Positions 9,004 to 19,087 of a stretch of DNA of 64,000 bases are shown here, in pieces. Under the pieces are notes generated by a model. That model saw only the letters and a list, made by a program, of their open reading frames with translations. It made no database searches and was not told where the DNA came from. The position numbers were made by a program, and so were the translations under genes. Location of the stretch: positions 165 to 64,164 of the forward strand of contig JANNXY010000042.1 in assembly GCA_031409775.1 (NCBI GenBank), given 5' to 3'. Each line of letters begins with the position of its first letter. Position 1 is the stretch's first letter. This DNA comes from a bacterium. GTDB taxonomy: Bacteria; Patescibacteriota; Minisyncoccia; Phycocordibacterales; CAIZIN01.

Positions 9004-10362
9004 TTAGTAATTATCTCGCAAGAAGCGAATCATTTCGCGGCTGTCGGCGTAGACGTCTTCAGAATTAAGTAAGATCACGACAATTGGACGTTTCTCACCC
9101 TGGACAGTTTCCTCATAGACTCCTATATATGTTTCCCCTGCTGCTGTGGTCTTGCCTATTTTACCCCCTAGAAAAGTACTATTTAAACCCGGAACGGTGT
9201 TGAAATTCTGCAGATCTGAATACAGAGGATCCCCATAGACACTCGTCGTGACTCGGCCAGCACTCAGGTTGAATACAAATCTGCGATTATTGAGAACGTA
9301 TTTAGCGAGAGCGTATAGATCCTGCGCAGATGATACATTGCCATCACCTCCACCATAGGGGTCGACGAATCTGGTGTCCTTCATATTGATAGCCTGAGCT
9401 TTCTTGTTCATGAGACCCACGAAATAGTTCTTGCCCATACTGTCGGCTATCACATTGGCGGCCTCGTTCGATGACTCCATGAGTAATGGAAATAATAGGT
9501 CATAGACGGTTATAACCTGACCCGACTTGAGCCGAGGTTTAGAAGTGGTCGCCATCGAGTAATCATTTACCGTGAGGTTCTTCTCTATGTGGATATACTC
9601 AGTTGCAACTAGAGCTGTCATTATCTTGGTAATAGAAGCAACAGGGACCTGGTCACTTATACCCTGACTAGCCAGTATCGTATCGTTCTTCAGATCTGCT
9701 AATAAGTATTTCTCTGCTGTGACATGGGGCGTCTGACCGATATATTTAAATGAATCATTCTGCACATCTGACTCGTATACAATTACAGGCATACCGACTT
9801 TGGTTAGGTTGTACACGATCTCTGCATCTGCTGTAGATAGTCGTATACATCCACCAGAATAAGTCGAAGAAACCTCTGTACCATCCTCATAATACGGCCA
9901 TCCATGTATAAAGAAGTTGCCCTGGAATATCATACTCCATGGCTGGTATACATGTCCGATCGAGGATAAGTGATTCTTTTTCTTGGCTTCTATTTTATAA
10001 ATACCTGCAGGGGTTTCCCACCATGAGCCCTCTTTACCTTTGGATTTTATCTCGATTTCTTTGTTCAATTCTCCATCTATATATATGCGAAGTTTCATGG
10101 CTGTGAGGTCTGCTTCTACGAAGCTTTTCTTGTCTACCGTCAGAGAATTCTTGACCCTGCTAAAGTAGTTGATATCCGACATAGCAGCTGTAGAGCCATA
10201 GATAAAATCATTATCGTTCAATTTATCTGGCTCGGGGAAATTGTAGCCTTCTAGCGGGTTCTGGTACAAGAATCCCGCAACACCTATTACGATAATCAAT
10301 ATACCGGTTATGACCCCTCCCCATACTTTCTTATTACTTTTTTTTGAATTATTTGTTTCCAT
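9004..10362 (-). CDS. bifunctional L,D-transpeptidase (YkuD) / D-alanyl-D-alanine carboxypeptidase (peptidase S11) fusion protein
   Basis: N-terminal TM anchor. YkuD catalytic motif HGW...SGGCIRL. C-terminal PBP5-like motifs in order: SITK (SxxK), SSNEAANV (SxN) and GKIGKTT (KTG-like). Confidence 0.7.
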   Translation of the reverse strand: METNNSKKSNKKVWGGVITGILIIVIGVAGFLYQNPLEGYNFPEPDKLNDNDFIYGSTAAMSDINYFSRVKNSLTVDKKSFVEADLTAMKLRIYIDGELNKEIEIKSKGKEGSWWETPAGIYKIEAKKKNHLSSIGHVYQPWSMIFQGNFFIHGWPYYEDGTEVSSTYSGGCIRLSTADAEIVYNLTKVGMPVIVYESDVQNDSFKYIGQTPHVTAEKYLLADLKNDTILASQGISDQVPVASITKIMTALVATEYIHIEKNLTVNDYSMATTSKPRLKSGQVITVYDLLFPLLMESSNEAANVIADSMGKNYFVGLMNKKAQAINMKDTRFVDPYGGGDGNVSSAQDLYALAKYVLNNRRFVFNLSAGRVTTSVYGDPLYSDLQNFNTVPGLNSTFLGGKIGKTTAAGETYIGVYEETVQGEKRPIVVILLNSEDVYADSREMIRFLRDNY

Positions 10363-10363
10363 A

Positions 10364-11329
10364 CTAGTCTTTTATATATTTAGATTTGTTTATATTGTGT
10401 TCATCGAGTGATTTGGCATAGTACATTTTCCCGTCGTCACCTGTTAGGAAATATAAATAAGGTGTATCGATAGGCGTAACTGTATCCCTGATTGACTCGA
10501 TCCCTGGATTAGATATCGGACTAGGAGGAAGGCCTTTGTATTTATAAGTATTATACGGTGAGTCCAGCTTCAGATCTGCCACAGTGAGCTCCGCACTGGT
10601 TTTATTGTTGATAAACCTAAACGTCGCATCGACCTGTAGTGGCATTCCGATCTCTAGCCTCTTCCACAATATACCCGCTACTATTCTGCGACTTTCTTTG
10701 TCATTGGCCTCTTCTTCTACTATAGAAGCCATAGTGATAATGTCCGAGAGTGGTTTGTTGAATGCACCTATTTCTTGGCTGACTTCCTTTATTCTAGTTT
10801 CGAATGTCGTTGTGAGCTTGTCTATAACAAGCGGTGTAGTGGCGAGTGGCATGAACAAATACGTATCCGGGAACAAGTAACCCTCTTTGTCCTCTGCTTT
10901 CTCTACGAATGCCTCTGCGTCGAACCCGATGAGGTTGTCTGCTAGTATCTCCGACATTTCCCTAGAACTTATTCCTTCTGGAAGAGTAATCTTCCTCGGT
11001 ATGAATCCGTAGATACCCCTACTAATACGTTTGGCAACTCCGTATACACTGAGTGGCTTCTCGAACAAATAACTACCAGCCTGTACATGTGTCTCGCTAC
11101 CTGTGAGTACTATTGCCAAATGCAGCATGGTCGGAGATCTGACTAGGCCCTGGTTCGCGAGGTGCTTGGCAATACTGTACGATCCTCTATCTGCTGGGAT
11201 TTCAACTATTGTATCAGATTCAAATGTAGGCGGTGCGAAGAAATAGTATGAAAAAACACAAATTAAAACTAGCCCTAGGATTCCAGAAATTATGATTTTG
11301 TACTTGTGGGCTTGGAACATCATATACAT
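10364..11329 (-). CDS. mltG: endolytic murein transglycosylase MltG (YceG family)
   Basis: 321 aa with an N-terminal TM and a YceG-like domain. Its start overlaps the stop of the upstream gene by 1 nt. Confidence 0.8.
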   Translation of the reverse strand: MYMMFQAHKYKIIISGILGLVLICVFSYYFFAPPTFESDTIVEIPADRGSYSIAKHLANQGLVRSPTMLHLAIVLTGSETHVQAGSYLFEKPLSVYGVAKRISRGIYGFIPRKITLPEGISSREMSEILADNLIGFDAEAFVEKAEDKEGYLFPDTYLFMPLATTPLVIDKLTTTFETRIKEVSQEIGAFNKPLSDIITMASIVEEEANDKESRRIVAGILWKRLEIGMPLQVDATFRFINNKTSAELTVADLKLDSPYNTYKYKGLPPSPISNPGIESIRDTVTPIDTPYLYFLTGDDGKMYYAKSLDEHNINKSKYIKD

Positions 11330-12624
11330 TATACTGGAAGATTACCTGGTGGTTCAGCCTTCTTGGACAGTACGCGGTCAAACGACGGAGTCTGCACCAC
11401 CTGGCCTGGGAAGTGATACACGGTTGCGAGCTCCTCGCTGTTTAGCACCATGTGCTTTTCTTTGTTGGGTTCATAGAAATAATCTCTGGCTCTATATACT
11501 TCAAATAATTCCTGCTTTTTCTTCAACAATTTTTTGCCAAATATATCTTGCCAAGGGTAGTCAAACGATGTTGCGTTCTTTGGCTTGAAGCCATTTAGAT
11601 TGTGCGAGCCGTACTGCTTGAATATACTCGTGAGCCCACCAATGTTCGATGCGTCAAAGAACTCATTCTCTGATATATACATTGCCCGGATCCCTACATC
11701 GTATGCGGGCTTGGATACACTCCTCTCGAGCGCATTGATCACTTCTGACTGACCCTTGCTCACATTGGGGAATACTTTCTGTTCCTTGCCGTCTTTGTCC
11801 TTGATCACTTGCACCGTTTCTTCTTTGATCTTCTTTATCTCCTCGGCTGCAGAATCCTTCCAATTATCTTTCTTCTTCCAGAGCTCTTTCCAGGCGTCAT
11901 TGTAACCTTTCTCTAGCAAAGTCTTCTTAAACTTTCCCCAGCGTAGAGAAAAAGGTATCAAATCCTCATCCTTGTGCCCCCGCACAATAAACTGGATCCA
12001 GACTTGCTGACGCTGTCCTACGCTTCCCAGAAACTCTATCGTAGGTGTAATAGGATCTACTTTGAATTCTTCTTCTAGGAGCTTCTCCTCTCCGATACCG
12101 AAGTCACGGTAAGTCTTTATCGGGAATGCATCCGCTTTGCTAAGCTCGATCTCGCATCCCCATAGACCGTATTCACTAGGATTGTAGTTTATCTTCTTTG
12201 TATAATCTTTGACCTCTGTGACCTCGATACCTGGATACTGTGCATATAGCTGTGTCTCTGTAAATTTCTTCCAACCTGTCCATGTCCAGATGAAGAATCT
12301 AACCTTGCCCTCGATAGATGCAAGCTCGAGTGAGAAGTACGGACGAGTCTTGCCCAAGAAGTTCCTGTCGTACCATGTACCTTCGCCGCCAGTCTGGTTC
12401 AGGTTGAGCAGGAATGCCTCCATAGCGGATGGAGTCTTGGTAACTTCTTTGGGTAATAAGATTTCCAACACTACAGGGTTCTGCTTGTTCCAGAACACGC
12501 GACGCTTGTACGCAACAAATGTTTCGAAAAACTTACCCCACAGAAGAAATGGCAAAGAGACAGTAGCTATAGTTATAGCGTACCTGATTATAGAAGGGAC
12601 ATAATCCACCAATGATTCATTCAT
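11329..12624 (-). CDS. hypothetical membrane-anchored protein (431 aa)
   Basis: N-terminal TM (IIRYAITIATVSLPFLLW) followed by a large soluble domain with no recognised motifs. Translationally coupled to mltG. Confidence 0.4.
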   Translation of the reverse strand: MNESLVDYVPSIIRYAITIATVSLPFLLWGKFFETFVAYKRRVFWNKQNPVVLEILLPKEVTKTPSAMEAFLLNLNQTGGEGTWYDRNFLGKTRPYFSLELASIEGKVRFFIWTWTGWKKFTETQLYAQYPGIEVTEVKDYTKKINYNPSEYGLWGCEIELSKADAFPIKTYRDFGIGEEKLLEEEFKVDPITPTIEFLGSVGQRQQVWIQFIVRGHKDEDLIPFSLRWGKFKKTLLEKGYNDAWKELWKKKDNWKDSAAEEIKKIKEETVQVIKDKDGKEQKVFPNVSKGQSEVINALERSVSKPAYDVGIRAMYISENEFFDASNIGGLTSIFKQYGSHNLNGFKPKNATSFDYPWQDIFGKKLLKKKQELFEVYRARDYFYEPNKEKHMVLNSEELATVYHFPGQVVQTPSFDRVLSKKAEPPGNLPV

Positions 12625-12633
12625 GTGTATATT

Positions 12634-13668
12634 CTATACTATAGAATAAATATTGTCTTTGTTTTTCTTGAAATGCTTGGGGTTCTGGAGATTTACGAGT
12701 ATTGTATTTTCTTTTACATATCTTTCTTTCATAACCTTGTCGATGATCTGCTCTTTGGTCATTGGGCCGTTTTTAGAAATTACTGACTTGATAACGTCTT
12801 TGACTACACCTGAAATATATCCCCATTCAGCTAGTGCGTATAGACCTCTACCTACGAGAACGAACCTTTTGTCTTTGATAAGCTCATTGTGAGTGGTAGC
12901 AACATGTGCGCGCTTGCCAAATATAGAAGATATCGCCTTGGCTACTTCTCTAAAGTGGATTGGTGAACCGTGTCTTCTGATAATTAGGAATGCATAGTCG
13001 CGCATGCCTTTGAGTCTGATGTTGGGTGAAGTTGCCTTGCCCCATTCACCGAGTGGGTTCTTGCCTATAGTCTTCGACATAGAGAGCCATCGCTTGATCA
13101 TTTCTTCATTCTTATACTCATCTGATAGATCCTTGACATGTTCTAGGAACTGCTTGATAAGCTCGGTCTCTGGGATTATGTCCTCATCATCTAGGTTCTC
13201 GTAGATCTTGCGGAGAGAGAGGTGAATCTTCTTGGACAACTCTTCGTCGATATGCCATCTATGGGTAAACTCATCATCGTCTTTCATTTTCTTGAATTCG
13301 GGAGCGAGAACAAGCATGAAATGAACATGGTTCTGAACTGACTTGTCTTTGCCTACTGAACGTAGTATCTCCTGCTCTGCAACGATACTTCCTAAATCCT
13401 TTATTATCTTTTGTAATTCTTCGAATGGTGCACGCTCTTTCTTGTATACATCAGATTTGCGGATGTTCTGGAGTGCGTATTCTTCGATCTGTCGAACACG
13501 CTCACGGGTGATGCCGTATTTCTTGCCTATTGCTTCTAGGGTGACTTTCTTCTGATCTGTACCTAGTCCATAACGAGCCGTGAGTATATCCCGGGCGCGG
13601 ACTGGTAATGCGCCTAAAAGCTTTTTAACTACCTGCTTTGGTTTGAATTCCATGCGTGTGGTTGTCAT
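12634..13668 (-). CDS. sigma-70 region-4-like HTH DNA-binding protein with C-terminal winged-helix-like region
   Basis: N-terminal segment LPVRARDILTARYGL...TLEAIGKKYGITRERVRQIEEYAL resembles sigma region 4. No sigma regions 2 or 3 were recognised. Confidence 0.45.
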   Translation of the reverse strand: MTTTRMEFKPKQVVKKLLGALPVRARDILTARYGLGTDQKKVTLEAIGKKYGITRERVRQIEEYALQNIRKSDVYKKERAPFEELQKIIKDLGSIVAEQEILRSVGKDKSVQNHVHFMLVLAPEFKKMKDDDEFTHRWHIDEELSKKIHLSLRKIYENLDDEDIIPETELIKQFLEHVKDLSDEYKNEEMIKRWLSMSKTIGKNPLGEWGKATSPNIRLKGMRDYAFLIIRRHGSPIHFREVAKAISSIFGKRAHVATTHNELIKDKRFVLVGRGLYALAEWGYISGVVKDVIKSVISKNGPMTKEQIIDKVMKERYVKENTILVNLQNPKHFKKNKDNIYSIV

Positions 13669-13715
13669 AATTAAACAATTTATAAATAAAGATAGTTAGT
13701 AGATTATCATTATTA

Positions 13716-16559
13716 TCAATTTCCGTCAACTACAATACTGACTAGCCTGCCAGGGACGTATATTTCCTTCTTTATTACCCTCCCGGCGATCCACTTATCC
13801 ACAGCTGGTAGGGCTCTAGTAAGCTCAATAACATCTTTCTGTGTCGCTTCCCTGCTTACTTCTAGTTCAGCCCTAACCTTGCCATTTACCTGTATCGCAA
13901 TCTTTATAGTATCTGAAACAAGCTTGGATGCATCGTATGAGGGCCAGTTTGCCTTGTGGACAGAGGATTTGTGGCCTATCTGGCTCCAGAGCTCTTCGGT
14001 TACATGTGGGGCAAATGGGGCAAGTAGCTGGAGCACGGTCTCGTAGACTTTATTATTTACGCTTTCTTCTTTCTCTAGTCTATTTAAGAGGATCATAAGT
14101 GTAGAGATGGCGGTGTTGAACGACATTTTCTCTATATCTTCGCTTACTTTCTTTATACTTTGATTAAGTAGAATTTCTACGTCAGAGGGAGTTTTAATCT
14201 TCTTGTCCAATTTCTCTGCTAGCTTCCAAACGCGTTCCACGAACCTACGTGAGCCAACTACACTATCTGAACTCCATGCAACAGGTTGGTCAAATGGACC
14301 CATGAACATTTCAAATACACGGAGACTATCTGCTCCATAGATCTTTACCAAGTCATCCGGATTAACAACATTACCCTTTGATTTGGACATTTTTTCTCCG
14401 CCTTCAGCAAGTATTAGCCCGTGGGAGGTTCTCTTAGCGTATGGTTCAATCGTAGGAACTTCTCCGATATCATAGAGAAATTTGTGCCAGAATCGAGAAT
14501 ACAAAAGATGCAGCGTAGTATGCTCCATGCCGCCGTTGTACCAGTCCACTGGGGTCCATTTATCAAGCTTATTCTTGTCAGCGAAAGATTTTTTATTCTT
14601 TGGGTCTATATATCGCAAATAATACCAAGAAGATCCAGCCCAGTTGGGCATTGTATCTGTTTCCCTTTCAGCATCGCCCTTACACTTCGGGCATTGGACG
14701 TTGACCCATTTGGAAATAGTTGATAGCGGGGACTCTCCGTTGTCAGTGGGCTCATAATGCTTTACTTTGGGCAATACGACCGGCAAATCCTTCTCTGGTA
14801 CAGGTACCCAACCACAATCATTACAATTTATCATTGGAATTGGCTCTCCCCAATATCGCTGGCGAGAGAAGACCCAGTCTTTCAATTTATACTTTACGAC
14901 CTTACGGCCGAATTCATTTGTAATTTTTCCTTTTGCTTCATTTGCAGTTAGTCCATCAAACTCGCCTGAGTTGATTACAATTCCATCGCCTGTGTAAGGA
15001 GGGAAATATTCTGAACTCATGCGTTCGAGCCAGAACTTGAGCTCTGAGTTTACCATTTTGCCTACAACGAATTCCTGAGGGGAAACCCACAATATTTCAT
15101 TGGTTTCTTCTTCACCAGCAGCTATTTCAGTTCTATCGTTTCCAATAAGTTCGAAATACGCAGCGGTCGTGATGGCCACTCTGTTTTCATCTTTGTGTTT
15201 AGCAAAGTAAGAAGCTTGCACCGGTCCCCCGAGAGTTTTTATAAATTTCAAATTTGTGTAGCCAGTTTCCTCTATAACTTCGCGGACAGCAGCTTGTTCT
15301 GCGCTTTCATTTTCTTCTATCCCACCTATCACCACGGTATCCCATCCAAATTTACTATTGCGGATAATCAAGTATTTATCTTGGTTCGGATCGTACACTA
15401 TCGCATGTGCATTCTTCCTTACTTTAGAGGACTTGTCTGACCTCGGAGGATTCACATGGTCTACAACCGAAGGCATGATTACGTCTCTTATTTCCAAATC
15501 GTATTTCTTTGCGAATTTAAAGTCACGTTCATCGTGAGCTGGCACTGCCATTACTGCACCTGTTCCATAATTAACCAGAACATAGTCTGCTATCCAAATC
15601 GGAATTTCTTCCCCTGTTGCAGGGTTTATGGCTACTACGCCTTTTACTTCCACCCCAGTCTTTTCCTTGGTAGCATCAGTTCTGTCTATCTCGGTTTTGT
15701 CTTTTGATTTTTTTATATAATCCTCTACTTCCTTTTTATTTTCTATTGGGAGTTCAGCTATCAGCCTGTGTTCTGGTGCTAGCACGATATAGGTTACGCC
15801 ATATAGTGTGTCGGCACGAGTGGTAAATACTGTGATTTTCTCAGAACTGTCCTTGATCTGGAAATCAATCTCCGCACCTTCACTCCTACCAATCCAATTG
15901 CGTTGCTGGATCTTTATCTTTTCAAGGAAATCTACAGTGTCCAAATCTTTGTCCAATCTGTCTGCGTATTTGGTGATAGCAAGCATCCATTGATCCTTGT
16001 CCCTCTTTTCTACTGCAGTTCCACATCGTTCACATTTACCATCTACTACCTCTTCGTTGGCGAGGCCGATTTTATCTTTGGGACACCAATTTATATTCAT
16101 TTTGGATTTGTAAGCCAAACCTTTCTCAAACATCTTTAGAAATATCCACTGTGTCCATTTATAGTATTCGGGATCAGTTGTATTGACCTCTCGTGACCAG
16201 TCAAAGGAAGCTCCTAAGTTTTTAATTTGTTTTCTGAAATTACCTGTATTTTGCTTAGTAACAAACGCGGGCTGTTTACCAGTTTTAATAGCATAGTTTT
16301 CAGTAGGAAGTCCAAATGCATCCCATCCCATGGGATAAAGCACGTTAAACCCTTCTACTCGTCTCTTCCTTGCAATTGCATCCAGGGCAATATATGGCCT
16401 CACATGACCGACATGGAGACCGTCGCCAGACGGAAAAGGAAATTCAACCAGTGCATAGAATTTAGGCTTATCTGTCTTTTCGCTTGTTTTATAAAGCTTC
16501 TTCTCTTCCCACTTCTTCTGCCATTTCTTCTCTATTTTCTTGTGATCATAAGACTTCAT
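13716..16559 (-). CDS. leuS: leucyl-tRNA synthetase with inserted Nudix-fold domain
   Basis: HVGH (HIGH), editing-domain TTRADT and AVPAHDERD motifs, and KMSKSKGN. At 947 aa it is longer than E. coli LeuS because of a ~140 aa insertion containing GGIEENESAEQAAVREVIEETGY, which fits GX5EX7REUXEEXGU. Confidence 0.95.
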   Translation of the reverse strand: MKSYDHKKIEKKWQKKWEEKKLYKTSEKTDKPKFYALVEFPFPSGDGLHVGHVRPYIALDAIARKRRVEGFNVLYPMGWDAFGLPTENYAIKTGKQPAFVTKQNTGNFRKQIKNLGASFDWSREVNTTDPEYYKWTQWIFLKMFEKGLAYKSKMNINWCPKDKIGLANEEVVDGKCERCGTAVEKRDKDQWMLAITKYADRLDKDLDTVDFLEKIKIQQRNWIGRSEGAEIDFQIKDSSEKITVFTTRADTLYGVTYIVLAPEHRLIAELPIENKKEVEDYIKKSKDKTEIDRTDATKEKTGVEVKGVVAINPATGEEIPIWIADYVLVNYGTGAVMAVPAHDERDFKFAKKYDLEIRDVIMPSVVDHVNPPRSDKSSKVRKNAHAIVYDPNQDKYLIIRNSKFGWDTVVIGGIEENESAEQAAVREVIEETGYTNLKFIKTLGGPVQASYFAKHKDENRVAITTAAYFELIGNDRTEIAAGEEETNEILWVSPQEFVVGKMVNSELKFWLERMSSEYFPPYTGDGIVINSGEFDGLTANEAKGKITNEFGRKVVKYKLKDWVFSRQRYWGEPIPMINCNDCGWVPVPEKDLPVVLPKVKHYEPTDNGESPLSTISKWVNVQCPKCKGDAERETDTMPNWAGSSWYYLRYIDPKNKKSFADKNKLDKWTPVDWYNGGMEHTTLHLLYSRFWHKFLYDIGEVPTIEPYAKRTSHGLILAEGGEKMSKSKGNVVNPDDLVKIYGADSLRVFEMFMGPFDQPVAWSSDSVVGSRRFVERVWKLAEKLDKKIKTPSDVEILLNQSIKKVSEDIEKMSFNTAISTLMILLNRLEKEESVNNKVYETVLQLLAPFAPHVTEELWSQIGHKSSVHKANWPSYDASKLVSDTIKIAIQVNGKVRAELEVSREATQKDVIELTRALPAVDKWIAGRVIKKEIYVPGRLVSIVVDGN

Positions 16560-16578
16560 ATAGTAGTAACATATACTA

Positions 16579-17571
16579 CTATTCCATCGGCTTTGTGTCT
16601 ATCGGATAGCGCTTGGGATCGATAGTACGAGTAAAGCAATTAGCGCCTTCGGTATGCTCGAAGCTCTCGTTCATTGGGAAACCGCCAATACTCGTATCCA
16701 TATCCATCGCAGGATAAGGATAGGTCATTGAACCACCATAGCTTCCACGACCCTTGTTATCGTCCGTAGCTAGGGCGAAATCAGCACAGATTTCAAACGC
16801 TGGCGAGGTCGAGGCTACTTTATTATATCCATATACCTGACCTGATTCTGGATCTAGGAACTGATCTTTTACTTCTGGATATAGTGGATCGATAAGCTCA
16901 TCTAGAGTCTCTGGGACTGCACCTGTGCGCTGATAATGGCTCACAACCTGCCACTGAATGTTCTGCAAATTCTCAATACGAGTCTGATCATCACGAAGCT
17001 TGCGCTGATCCTGTGGCAATCCAACGATAAATAATCCGCCAATTATACTTACGATAACTACCACCGAAGTAACTGTGGTAAAAATTCTTAATAAATTAGG
17101 TTTCGAAAAATATATTTGTCGTAGGTCGCGAACTGTGTACCAAAACACCGCAAATGCCACAATGAAAACTACTGCAAATTTAGAGACAAATCTGCTTGAA
17201 ATCTCGCCAGAAAGGAAAGTGTTGATAAGGCTTATGAGGTCGCCTGCAACCACTACCCCCGCAACAAACAAAGTAAAATAAGAAAGCCATCTGCGTACCG
17301 ACCAATCTCGAAGTGCCTCGTTGCTTTTTAATTCCTTGAACATGAGTTTGGACAGATAGATAAGTATAGGAAATGCAACGACGAGTGTTGACAGCGCGAA
17401 CCTGATCGGAGAATAAAAAGGGTTATAGTCTCCAGCCAGTCTGTCTGGGAATACATAGTCGATCACTCCGAACGCGAACACTAGGAAGCTAGTGACAGAT
17501 GTATACAGGGCAGCGACAATTCCAATCTGCAAGAAGAAATCTTTTGCTTTTGAGTTGTGATTTGTAGACAT
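16579..17571 (-). CDS. integral membrane protein with C-terminal extracytoplasmic domain (hypothetical)
   Basis: 330 aa; several N-terminal TM helices then a soluble C-terminal region; no specific family recognised. Confidence 0.4.
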   Translation of the reverse strand: MSTNHNSKAKDFFLQIGIVAALYTSVTSFLVFAFGVIDYVFPDRLAGDYNPFYSPIRFALSTLVVAFPILIYLSKLMFKELKSNEALRDWSVRRWLSYFTLFVAGVVVAGDLISLINTFLSGEISSRFVSKFAVVFIVAFAVFWYTVRDLRQIYFSKPNLLRIFTTVTSVVVIVSIIGGLFIVGLPQDQRKLRDDQTRIENLQNIQWQVVSHYQRTGAVPETLDELIDPLYPEVKDQFLDPESGQVYGYNKVASTSPAFEICADFALATDDNKGRGSYGGSMTYPYPAMDMDTSIGGFPMNESFEHTEGANCFTRTIDPKRYPIDTKPME

Positions 17572-17642
17572 GATTCGTGATTAATAACAATAAGTGCTTA
17601 TTATACTATAATTAAAAAACTGCGAACACTATTTGTTCACAG

Positions 17643-17957
17643 TTATGCATACCCGACAGGACCCTCGTACGCGAGTGGTTCAGGTATTACCTGATCTGGT
17701 TCAGGTTCTGGTTCTGCAGGCATGTCGTCAGGAGCTGAACCATTTTTTTTAACCTTTTCCTCTATTGCTGGGACCGTTTTACTTTTTAAACTTATAATCG
17801 CAGGGACAAATAAGATGACAGTGCAATAGGAAGTTGCTGCAAAGAAAAAAAGCATCAAATACAGGTGCTTGTTGCTTTTCTTCCAAATTGAGTAAATTAT
17901 AAACCCTGTGATTATTACTGCGTCAAAGATCAATACCGCATATTGTGTTGTAGACAT
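17643..17957 (-). CDS. small membrane protein with acidic/Pro-rich C-terminus
   Basis: Likely start at MSTTQYAVLIF; two TM helices; C-terminal PEPEPEPD tract. Confidence 0.35.
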   Translation of the reverse strand: MSTTQYAVLIFDAVIITGFIIYSIWKKSNKHLYLMLFFFAATSYCTVILFVPAIISLKSKTVPAIEEKVKKNGSAPDDMPAEPEPEPDQVIPEPLAYEGPVGYA

Positions 17958-18016
17958 AGATTTTCTTTCTTCTGCCCTAAACTCTATACTTATTGCACAA
18001 ATTTGCAAGTGTTGTG

Positions 18017-19087
18017 TTAGACCTTGAACTCCATTACATCCCCATCCTTCACAATGTATTCCTTGCCTTCTGTGCGCCAGTTGCCTTTCTTTAGTAATTC
18101 CTCCCAGGATATAACATCAGCTTTGATGAACTTCTCCTCAAAGTCACCATGGATCGCTGCGCCTGCCTGCGGCGCTGTCGAACCGTCTAGTATGGTCCAG
18201 GCACGAGTCTCCTTCTCCCCTGTTGTGAAATATGTTGCGAGGTTCAGTAGCTTGTAACCGGTCTTTATAAGGTCGTCTACTCCATCTGAGCTTGCCCCGA
18301 GTTCTTTGCGGAACATTTCTTTCTCTTCGCCCTGGAAGTCTTTGAGCTCATGCTCAACCCCCGCGTCAACAATCACATAGGTAAAACTATTTTTATTTAA
18401 AAATTCAACAAGCTTCTGAAAACGCTCATCATTGGTTTCGTCGAGGTTTGTCGCACCAGCCTTCTTATTGAGTACATACATAAATGGCTTCATGGTAAGC
18501 AGATGTAAATGCTTCGCTATCACCTTTTCTTCTTTGGTTAGTTTGCATTGGTTGGCGAGTAGTCCCGTCTCTAGTACCACAGCGAGTTTCTCACATACAG
18601 CAAGCTCGGCGATGGCATCCTTCTTGCCAGCCTTTACGTCTTTGCCTAGATTACCTATACGCCTCTTTACCGTTTCTTGGTCAGCCAATATTAATTCCAA
18701 ATTAATAACTTCGATATCAGACAATGGATCGATCTTGTTGTTTACATGGAGTATATTTCCGTCTTCAAATATTCTCACCACTTCGCATATCGCATCCGTC
18801 TCGCGGATATTCGACAGGAATGCATTGCCGAGCCCTTCGCCTGCAGATGCGCCCTTTACAAGCCCTGCGATGTCTACGAATTCGATCGCTGCTGGGATCG
18901 TCTTCTGAGTTTTACTAAACTCCGCGAGCTTGTACAGCCTCTCGTCCGGCACCGCAACCACCCCTACAGACGGGTCAATGGTTGCAAATGGATAATTGGC
19001 AATAAGCACACCCTTATTTGTAAGTGCATTAAACAACGTCGATTTCCCCACATTTGGCAGTCCTACAATTCCTAAAGATAATTTCAT
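18017..19087 (-). CDS. ychF: ribosome-binding ATPase YchF (Obg family, TGS domain)
   Basis: G1 motif GIVGLPNVGKSTLFNALT; 356 aa with a C-terminal TGS-like region. Confidence 0.9.
   Translation of the reverse strand: MKLSLGIVGLPNVGKSTLFNALTNKGVLIANYPFATIDPSVGVVAVPDERLYKLAEFSKTQKTIPAAIEFVDIAGLVKGASAGEGLGNAFLSNIRETDAICEVVRIFEDGNILHVNNKIDPLSDIEVINLELILADQETVKRRIGNLGKDVKAGKKDAIAELAVCEKLAVVLETGLLANQCKLTKEEKVIAKHLHLLTMKPFMYVLNKKAGATNLDETNDERFQKLVEFLNKNSFTYVIVDAGVEHELKDFQGEEKEMFRKELGASSDGVDDLIKTGYKLLNLATYFTTGEKETRAWTILDGSTAPQAGAAIHGDFEEKFIKADVISWEELLKKGNWRTEGKEYIVKDGDVMEFKV

Noticed and set aside
14421-16625. Multiple plus-strand ORFs (60-130 aa) overlapping leuS
   Set aside because: All lie antisense inside a 947-aa ORF with unambiguous LeuS motifs along its whole length. 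They are AT-rich shadow frames.
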